Virus record (IMG/VR): IMGVR_UViG_3300020045_001925
Span: 1 to 49,437 of that record
Origin: a virus
Lineage: Duplodnaviria > Caudoviricetes
Direction: 5' to 3' (one strand)
DNA length: 49,437 nt
Shown: positions 19,351-26,345 of the stretch, one piece after another
How the letters are laid out: the number at the start of each line of letters is the position of its first letter
How positions within the stretch are numbered: the first letter of the stretch is position 1
Notes under the pieces: model-generated
Told to the model about the DNA's origin: nothing
Databases searched by the model: none
What the model saw: only the letters and a program-made list of their open reading frames with translations
Position numbers and translations under genes: made by a program

Positions 19351-19367
19351 GCGCACGTAGCAAACGA

Positions 19368-19399
19368 AACGCCCTTCGGTCATACTGAGGGGCGTTATT
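19368..19399 (+). terminator. Stem-loop / probable terminator
   Basis: AACGCCCTTCGG-TCATA-CTGAGGGGCGTT followed by ATT. Confidence 0.55.
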
Positions 19400-19401
19400 A
19401 C

Positions 19402-19725
19402 TTGAGGGTTCAGAATATGCTCGGTTTATCGAAAGCTGATATTGCTAAATTTGCCACGCAATGGATCGCGGAGAATCCCGCCGATGCGGTGCGAATGGTT
19501 TTGACCGCGCCCGCAGTGTGTGATTACTTGACACGGACGTTAAGTGACGACGAACTAGAATGGTTGTCGTATGATGTGCAAACCCGACCGCTCGGCCTGA
19601 TTGAATTCATTGCGTCGAAGTCGGGTCGCTTTGCCGTTGAGCGGACATTTTTAGAATATCGCGCCGAAGTCGAGACGCGACAACGAAAGCCGCGCTCACT
19701 CGAAATCAGTCAATCTGTGCGGTAA
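19402..19725 (+). CDS. Hypothetical protein (start probably ATG MLGLSK)
   Basis: ORF track; GAGGG SD. Confidence 0.6.
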   Translation: MRVQNMLGLSKADIAKFATQWIAENPADAVRMVLTAPAVCDYLTRTLSDDELEWLSYDVQTRPLGLIEFIASKSGRFAVERTFLEYRAEVETRQRKPRSLEISQSVR

Positions 19726-20005
19726 TTTGAATCGACGTGGCGACTGGCGCGACAACACTGATCTGAATCTCTTCGATCAACGGCGCGCCGGGCGTAACGT
19801 GTGTGGCAATCACTGTGACGATACCCGTCTCGCCGTGTCGCGGCGTTACAACACATCCCGTTTCGGTCGGCGTAATGTCAACCGTCGTGTGTTGCGGGTA
19901 AACTTCCCACGTCACAGCGCTGCCTTGAATTGGGTCACCTTGGGCATCGAGTACGGCGGCGACAAGCGATAAAAGTTTGTTGTTTTGAAGCATGGTTGAA
20001 GTCAT
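19706..20005 (-). CDS. Ig-like domain protein
   Basis: VLDAQGDPI..VTW..G.VTVIAT Big-type pattern; GGAG SD. Confidence 0.6.
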   Translation of the reverse strand: MTSTMLQNNKLLSLVAAVLDAQGDPIQGSAVTWEVYPQHTTVDITPTETGCVVTPRHGETGIVTVIATHVTPGAPLIEEIQISVVAPVATSIQITAQID

Positions 20006-20034
20006 GTGAATATCTCCATAATGAGACTGTATAA

Positions 20035-20214
20035 TCACATGGGTAACGTATGACAATCAGTATACAATCGCGTCATGAATTCAACGCCAGCCGCCATATA
20101 GATTCGCATGACGATTTGATACGCGGCGCTGTTGTGTGGAATCACCGTGGCAATATCCATACTGCGGTTACGTAGAACCATCAGTTCCGATTCGTTCAAT
20201 TGTGATACATTCAT
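20035..20214 (-). CDS. 59-aa hypothetical protein (not in ORF track)
   Basis: MNVSQLNESELMVLRNRS...; GGAG SD; promoter at 20244-20271. Confidence 0.5.
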   Translation of the reverse strand: MNVSQLNESELMVLRNRSMDIATVIPHNSAAYQIVMRIYMAAGVEFMTRLYTDCHTLPM

Positions 20215-20270
20215 GATATGAGCTCCAATTGGTAACTTTTATCAATATAGATCAAATGGCGAACTAGTCA

Positions 20271-20681
20271 ATGGAAATCACAACAGAAATTATCACGCTA
20301 TTTCGTACCGAGATGACGGCCTTCGCCGACGTGACAAAATATCCCGATGACTTGGTACAGACGGCGCTTGAAGAGTCGTTGATGGAAACGGGCGGCAAAG
20401 GCTGGGGCGGCTACGACTCACCAACCAATTTTAAGCGCAAGGGCATGTTCTACTTTGCCGCACATTGGCTCGCTACGTTCTACCCGCATGGGCTTGGTAC
20501 GGGTTCGGTCAACTCTGAAGCGCGTTTGAACGTGCAGAGCAAAGGGATCGGCGACGAGAATATCTCGTATCGAGTTCCGGCGATGATGGACGTGGGTACA
20601 GATTGGCTAACATTCACAGTGTACGGGCAAATGTTTTACCGCTTGAAGAAGCGCGCAGGAATGGGCGCTCGGGCAGTTTGA
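20271..20681 (+). CDS. Head-tail adaptor (DUF4054-like)
   Basis: FR.EM.AF.D..KYPD, AAHWL, IGDENISY, T.YGQMFY.L motifs. Confidence 0.8.
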   Translation: MEITTEIITLFRTEMTAFADVTKYPDDLVQTALEESLMETGGKGWGGYDSPTNFKRKGMFYFAAHWLATFYPHGLGTGSVNSEARLNVQSKGIGDENISYRVPAMMDVGTDWLTFTVYGQMFYRLKKRAGMGARAV

Positions 20682-20689
20682 TGGGGTGT

Positions 20690-21690
20690 TGGATATATCA
20701 AGGGCACTGCTCGGAGTCGAACCGAGTTCAAGCGCTTATAGACCTCATGCGGATTCGCGTATTCCGCACCTACAGCGCCCTTGATATAAACGTGTTCTTT
20801 CGCACCGTCATGCTGACGCTTGTGGCAAAATCCTTTAGAGATAGTGTTGATCCACAGCTTACCAACATTTAATCACCAAGATTGAACAGAATATAACCGC
20901 AACATGCTCTGTCTACAGGTGGCTGCCGATATGAAAATATCGCTGCGGGTTTGTCTTGGCGATTAAATGTTGGTGCTCGTCTTTCCGAGCTGTCAGTTGG
21001 TAGCCGGTGCTGATCTCCGGCTTTGCTCGCTTTGTGTCTCTGGTAGATTTACGTCGCGAATCGTATCGAGCATTGGGTAAAGCTGGATTCAACAGCACCC
21101 ACAAACCATTGCGCATCAGCCTGCGCATTCACCAACATTGAAAGATGCTGCTCGGAATCGAACCGAGTTTCTCGAGCTTGGCCTCGCACAAAAGCTATAA
21201 GTGCGTCAGCATCTTTCAATGTTGGTGCTGGTTACGACTCCAGCGCCATCGTTTCGTCATGGCCGCGTTTCGTTATACGGTCGGATCTATGAATCGCACA
21301 ACATCACTTGATACCAACATTTGAACATCTACGAACCCAAGGTGGAGAGGGAATTACCATAGATGTTCAAATGTTGGTGCTCGTCTTTCCGAACCGTCGA
21401 GAGTATTCGGCTGGCAAATAGCAGACATATACCAAAAATATGCGCCACAAGCCCGAGCTTGCCGTGATCGGTTGAGAGTAACACTCTACTCGAGAATGCC
21501 AATAAATAATGAGACATTCCCTCCAGCCGTTCAGCAAGAGCCAGATAATGAATAATTCCATCTGGTTCTCCATGTATGTGCCGTCTTTCCGAGCTGTCAG
21601 TATGTTCAAGACCTTTCGGTTTTATATCCTTCGGCGTACCAGCCACACGTCCGAGAGGGGAAGTTTTCACTCACAGTCTCTCGGCACTCA
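20690..21690 (-). ncRNA. ~1 kb structured RNA array with tRNA-like modules
   Basis: No credible ORF; long inverted repeats 20694-20788, 20861-20974, 21130-21227, 21313-21378; mismatches become G-U pairs only on the minus strand; two T-arms; dedicated promoter. Confidence 0.7.
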
Positions 21691-21696
21691 TTAATT

Positions 21697-21724
21697 ATTT
21701 TACATGACCTGACGTTCTAGTCAA
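21697..21724 (-). promoter_or_regulatory. Promoter of the RNA array
   Basis: TTGACT-16-TAAAAT; includes TTGACtagaacGTCAG motif. Confidence 0.7.
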
Positions 21725-21819
21725 GCACTTAGGGCAAATATTTTTAACGCAGCCCAAATGGATCGCCCCGCATCGGACGCATTCGCACGATACTGGTTTA
21801 CGTTGTTTTTGGAAGCGCA

Positions 21820-22386
21820 TTACACAGTCCTCACCGGCATGACTACAGCGGTCAATAAATCACCGTCATTTGTAGTCACGCTAATCATTTGCGATTCGTC
21901 GCGCCCGCGTGATTCAAATTTAGCCACGAACTTTCCGTCGCCGCGCATAATGTCCGCCATAGCTAGTGTCACGGCGGTGATAAGCTCTAGGTTCAAATGA
22001 ACCGCCTCGGCCTTGCACGGTACGTTTGGATTAATTGCGCGCGTGATATTACCGTATGGCTCTGACAGCGTTTTAACGGCGTGTGAGTCGATCATCACGT
22101 CTTGACCGTCAATGAGTAACGCAGGGTTCGCCTCGTCGTCATAGTTGAGCAGCACGCCCTCAAGTGATGCTTTGCACAAGATCACATCAGTGCCGACCGG
22201 AACGAACATCAACGCAACATCGTGTTTCGTGAGGGCAACGCGGATTGCAGTTGTTCCGACTGACGCTTCGAAGACCACGTCTGTCTCGTTCGGTCGTGCG
22301 ATGTGGACGCCAGCTAGGAATGGTTTGGCGTGTTCGTATGGCGCATAATTGCACAACGCGCGGAGAAGGCGGGCGGTGTTGATCAT
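21820..22386 (-). CDS. Diverged DNA sliding-clamp (beta)-like protein
   Basis: PFLAGVHI..FEASVGT..YGNITRAI..VVMPVR resembles clamp R.YL.GV..ATDG..YP..IP..LMP.R pattern. Confidence 0.55.
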   Translation of the reverse strand: MINTARLLRALCNYAPYEHAKPFLAGVHIARPNETDVVFEASVGTTAIRVALTKHDVALMFVPVGTDVILCKASLEGVLLNYDDEANPALLIDGQDVMIDSHAVKTLSEPYGNITRAINPNVPCKAEAVHLNLELITAVTLAMADIMRGDGKFVAKFESRGRDESQMISVTTNDGDLLTAVVMPVRTV

Positions 22387-22416
22387 TTTGTGAAGCTCCG
22401 TGAAGTGATGAATCGT

Positions 22417-22444
22417 ATTCTACACCACTTGGCGAACCAGTCAA
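22417..22444 (-). promoter_or_regulatory. Promoter with TTGAC-N6-GCCAA motif
   Basis: TTGACT-16-TAGAAT. Confidence 0.7.
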
Positions 22445-22533
22445 GCGTTTTATTGGGGTACGTTTTGGGGTGAGTTAAGTCGATGATTCAATTGACAAAA
22501 ACGGCACTTTACACAAATACCGTAGCATTTTCT

Positions 22534-22650
22534 CTATTCACGGCTGGCGTGTGTGTATAGCTCTCTATCCCTATTCTTATATCAATATAATATTTTTGGG
22601 TAATTGGGTAAAAGAATATAATATAGAGACAAAACAAGGACTTAACAGGA
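22534..22650. other. AT-rich origin-like element, copy 2
   Basis: Colinear shared blocks with 5029-5157. Confidence 0.45.
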
Positions 22651-22657
22651 AACCCCG

Positions 22658-23278
22658 ATGCTCACCCTTATTGATTTTCAGAAAGCGATGGACGAGGTAA
22701 CGGAAGGAATTAAGAAACTCGGCGGCGGCAAAGCTGTGACTGTAGGCATTCACGAAGATGCTGGAGCGGTGGAAGGCGGCGAGCTGACAATGGCACAACT
22801 TGGCGCGGTTCATGAATTTGGCGCGCAAATCAATCATCCGGGCGGTACGAGTTACGGCTACGCGAGCAGAGCGGCGGCTGAACGTGGCGAAGTGCGGTTC
22901 TTGGGAAAGGGTGGCAAAGGTCGTGGTCGGCAGGCTGAATTTTTCGGATATGCTCAACCGGGCGTTACCGAAGCGCACATTATCGACATTCCCGCCCGCC
23001 CGTGGCTCGTTCCCGGCGCTGAGTCTGGATCGCAGCAATACCTCCGCGTCATTGAGTCGGGATTAGCCAAGCAAGACGACTTTGATTCGATTCTTGCTAA
23101 AGTCGGCGTCAAGGCCGAAGATGCTGTAAAATTGTTCATGACGAATTTGAGTTCACCGCCGAACGCGCCGTCTACAATCGCTGCGAAGGGCAGTGATAAT
23201 CCATTGATTGATTCTGGCGCGATGCGTGCGTCCGTCACGTCGGTGGTACAGTCTGGAAAACTTGAGGAAGGTTTATGA
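22658..23278 (+). CDS. Neck / tail completion protein
   Basis: AVHEFGA, IPARPWL, NAPSTIAAKGSDNPLIDSG motifs. Confidence 0.8.
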   Translation: MLTLIDFQKAMDEVTEGIKKLGGGKAVTVGIHEDAGAVEGGELTMAQLGAVHEFGAQINHPGGTSYGYASRAAAERGEVRFLGKGGKGRGRQAEFFGYAQPGVTEAHIIDIPARPWLVPGAESGSQQYLRVIESGLAKQDDFDSILAKVGVKAEDAVKLFMTNLSSPPNAPSTIAAKGSDNPLIDSGAMRASVTSVVQSGKLEEGL

Positions 23279-23628
23279 GCTTATCAATGATCGACCACGT
23301 TGATGACGTGTTCCAGTCCGTACCGGCGACTCGTATCGTCGCGGGCGGTGCGTGGGTCGATGGTATTTGGGTTCCGGGCGCTGACGTTTCGACACCGTAC
23401 ACTGTGAACATTCAGCCCGCTACGGATCAAGAATTACAATTTTTGAATCAGGGCGCTGAACGGTTTGTCGATGTGCGTCGCGTCTATATCAACGACGGTG
23501 ACATGCAGAACATTAACGAGACGGGCGATTGGGAATTCTTAGGCAAACGCTGGAAGTCGATTAAGTGCGACAACCGCTACTGGCGCAACTATTGCAAAGT
23601 GTTCGTGGGGCGCTACGATGACCAATGA
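23275..23628 (+). CDS. Head-closure / neck protein
   Basis: Position; GGAWVDG.W, NIQP patterns. Confidence 0.65.
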   Translation: MSLSMIDHVDDVFQSVPATRIVAGGAWVDGIWVPGADVSTPYTVNIQPATDQELQFLNQGAERFVDVRRVYINDGDMQNINETGDWEFLGKRWKSIKCDNRYWRNYCKVFVGRYDDQ

Positions 23629-24136
23629 GGAATTATTCGCAATCCTGCGCAATGTGGTCATGACCGTTACGGGCATTCCTGAGTGCATCATGGCGGATCA
23701 GAACGTGAAAGCCCCATTAGGGCCATACGCCACGATTCGCCCGCGTCAGTCGATTGCAGAGCGTGGACAGGCCAACATTTACGATAAAGACATTGCGGGC
23801 GATAAAGTCCACACGAATGCGAAAGCGCAAGTTGTCGCAACGTGCAGTATCAATTTTTATCGTGGTGACGCAATGCGGTACGCTGAAATGTTGAAGCAAT
23901 GCAACAAGCGCCCCGATATTTCAATGGCGTTATTCAGAGCTAAAATTGGCTGGCTCGGTACGGACGCGGTGAATAATCTCACAAGTTTGCAATCGTCAAA
24001 CTGGGAACAACGCTCGAATATCAACGTGCGAATCATGTACGAAGTGGACAACATTGCTGAGATTAACAACATTCTGCACTTCGCTTTAGAAATTCAAGAT
24101 GAGAAAGCAAGGGTACTTGCTACTATTTCCAAATGA
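23618..24136 (+). CDS. Tail terminator / neck protein
   Basis: Directly before sheath; DQN..AP.GPYAT, WEQR patterns. Confidence 0.65.
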   Translation: MTNEELFAILRNVVMTVTGIPECIMADQNVKAPLGPYATIRPRQSIAERGQANIYDKDIAGDKVHTNAKAQVVATCSINFYRGDAMRYAEMLKQCNKRPDISMALFRAKIGWLGTDAVNNLTSLQSSNWEQRSNINVRIMYEVDNIAEINNILHFALEIQDEKARVLATISK

Positions 24137-24176
24137 AGCATGATAAACTCACCGTAACTATTAATGGGGCTGTGCA

Positions 24177-25319
24177 ATGAGCTATCCCGCGACAAATATT
24201 ATTCAAATCAATACCCGTATTTCGCCGATGGGCTTAGGCACGGCTAACTTTGCCTCGGCGGTACTGTTCGCGCCTAAAGCGGACGCAATTGCTGGATTTG
24301 CCGAAGATACGTACCGCGAATACTTTTCGCTCAAATCGTTGGGCGCAGATTTCGCTCCGACGACCGAAACGTACAAAGCGGCAGAACGATACCTCGGCGG
24401 CATTCCTGCAACGCGTAGCTTGAAAGTGTGGGTTCGTGCAACAGCCGATACAACTTGGCCTGAAACGCTGATCAAAGCGTCAAATGTTATGTGGTGGTAT
24501 TGGTCGTTCTTCACCAAAGCGGTTTATGCGTCAATCCCTGACGTGTTGGCGATTGCTCAATGGTGCGAATCAAATGGCTCGATGTTCGTCAACAATCAGA
24601 CTGGTGCGAATGCTGTTGCGATTCGTGACACGGCGGTGAATACTGACGTTGCTACACAATTGACAACGCTCGGTTATCGTCACGCTATCACCATTTGTCA
24701 CGCTACTGACCCATACGCGGGCAATGCACTGGCTAAACACTTTGCCGCTGTGAACTACTCAGCGCAGAACTCCACAATTACGGGCGAGTTTAAAAAATCC
24801 CCTGGCGTTGCGGCAGAAGATATTCCCGATACCGAATACAGCTCAATGATGAAAGCCACGAAAAAAGCGGCATTCTACACCGTCATTGACAATCAAGGCT
24901 CAGTCGATTCGGGTCGCTGGTTGAATACCATCACGCACAGCACGTACGGCGAATTCTTCGATGATGTTGTGAATCTTGATGCAATGATTAACGCGCTCAC
25001 TGTTGGCTTATACAACATGGTGGCGAATCAAACGACCAAGCTACGCCAAACGCCTCCGGGTCAAGCGATGCTGGTCGGTGCAGCGCGTCGTGTCGGTGAA
25101 CAATACGTTGGTAACGCTTATCTCGGCCCACGTAATTATATGGACCCAGATGACGGTATTACGAAATACACTGCGGGTTATGAAATATTGACCAAACCCG
25201 AGGACATTCTGGACTTGTCCGACGCGGATCGTAATGCCCGCAAGTCAGCACCGATTCGTATGCGCCTATTCCGCGCAGGTGCCGTCCATATTTGCCAGTG
25301 TGATATTGACGTATATTGA
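24177..25319 (+). CDS. Tail sheath protein (DUF3383-like)
   Basis: 380 aa; FKKSPGV, FFDDVVNLD, RNARKS, AGAVH C-terminus. Confidence 0.85.
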   Translation: MSYPATNIIQINTRISPMGLGTANFASAVLFAPKADAIAGFAEDTYREYFSLKSLGADFAPTTETYKAAERYLGGIPATRSLKVWVRATADTTWPETLIKASNVMWWYWSFFTKAVYASIPDVLAIAQWCESNGSMFVNNQTGANAVAIRDTAVNTDVATQLTTLGYRHAITICHATDPYAGNALAKHFAAVNYSAQNSTITGEFKKSPGVAAEDIPDTEYSSMMKATKKAAFYTVIDNQGSVDSGRWLNTITHSTYGEFFDDVVNLDAMINALTVGLYNMVANQTTKLRQTPPGQAMLVGAARRVGEQYVGNAYLGPRNYMDPDDGITKYTAGYEILTKPEDILDLSDADRNARKSAPIRMRLFRAGAVHICQCDIDVY

Positions 25320-25337
25320 GATTGAGGAAACTGATGA

Positions 25338-25748
25338 ATGTTAAATAATTTCAGCACTGATTTGAACGTTGTGGTCATCAATGGTCGGCAGATTACCGAC
25401 TGGGGCGAGGCCGCAACGCCTTTTACCGATGATCCTATCGACCCGAGAAGCGTGTTGCGCCGTGGTCAAGGTGGTAACGCGGTTCGTTTGGATCGCAAGA
25501 ATCCCGGTCGTCAAGTCACGATCTATTTGAACCCCGGCAGTCCTGACAGCGCGTTTATGCAAGGTCTAATGTCGAGTAACGCCAATATCAACTTGCAGCG
25601 CACTCAGATCGGCACGCTTGAGACCGCTATCGGTATCGAGGGCGTATTGGTCAACGACGCTTCAAATGGCCGTGGCGGTACGACAATCACTGACGACCAG
25701 TACATCATGCAATTCAACGGCTGGACTGCGATGAAAGGCGGTAAATGA
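25338..25748 (+). CDS. Tail tube protein
   Basis: 136 aa directly after sheath. Confidence 0.8.
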   Translation: MLNNFSTDLNVVVINGRQITDWGEAATPFTDDPIDPRSVLRRGQGGNAVRLDRKNPGRQVTIYLNPGSPDSAFMQGLMSSNANINLQRTQIGTLETAIGIEGVLVNDASNGRGGTTITDDQYIMQFNGWTAMKGGK

Positions 25749-26152
25749 TGGAACAGGTTAAATCGTTCACTATCGGCAACGCCACGTATAACGCAGGCCG
25801 CGCCAGTGCGGTGAATCAGGATAAATTGCTTAGTCTGATCACTGGCTCGGTAATGGAGCGTGCGCTGAGTATGCAGGCGCTTGGCGGCGTGGTGGATGAT
25901 GCTGTACTTGTGCCGATGTTCATGGGAATGGATCAAGGTTATAAGTCGCAAATCACAACGCTCATCATGGGTGCAATTGTGATCAACGGTACGACGCAAC
26001 GAGTATCTGTTGCGGACTTCGATGGTCGAATGGTTGAGTACAACACACTATTATCACAATTACTGCAATGGAATCTTGCTGATTTTTTTACATGGTTGAG
26101 CAGCGTCCTAAGCGGCGCAGCTCAGGCGCAGCAAGCGTCCCAAGTGCTGTAA
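25745..26152 (+). CDS. Tail assembly chaperone
   Basis: Between tube and tape measure; NLADFF followed by slippery T7. Confidence 0.75.
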   Translation: MMEQVKSFTIGNATYNAGRASAVNQDKLLSLITGSVMERALSMQALGGVVDDAVLVPMFMGMDQGYKSQITTLIMGAIVINGTTQRVSVADFDGRMVEYNTLLSQLLQWNLADFFTWLSSVLSGAAQAQQASQVL

Positions 26153-26316
26153 ATTGGTATTTAATGCGCCCATGTGTGGGTATACCGGACATTTGCCCAC
26201 CACTGTGTACTTGGGCGCAATTGACCGACGGTACGTACAGCTTGGGCGATGTTGAGCGGTTTAATCAAACCATTCAGGAATTATTTGAAGCAGATGAGAA
26301 AGCCCGGTCAAATTGA
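26092..26316 (+). CDS. Tail chaperone -1 frameshift extension
   Basis: -1 frame opens at T TTT TTT (26083-26089); W.LMRP..L.DGTYSL.DV motif. Confidence 0.65.
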   Translation: MVEQRPKRRSSGAASVPSAVNWYLMRPCVGIPDICPPLCTWAQLTDGTYSLGDVERFNQTIQELFEADEKARSN

Positions 26317-26345
26317 TGCGGGCTTTTTAATTATGAGGTAATCAA

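Noticed and set aside
21297-21307. GUGAUGUUGUG on the minus strand resembles the GcvB R1 seed as I recall it
   Set aside because: Only 11 nt, compared from memory, and compatible with chance.
20690-21690. CRISPR array or canonical tRNA cluster
   Set aside because: Repeats are inverted pairs with irregular spacing, not direct repeats with uniform spacers. The T-arm units lack a D-arm/anticodon cloverleaf.
20603-21694. Short ORFs across the array (20603, 20913, 21329, 21367, 21509)
   Set aside because: No convincing SD or protein motifs, mutually overlapping, and the repeats are conserved as base pairs rather than codons. A small peptide cannot be fully excluded.
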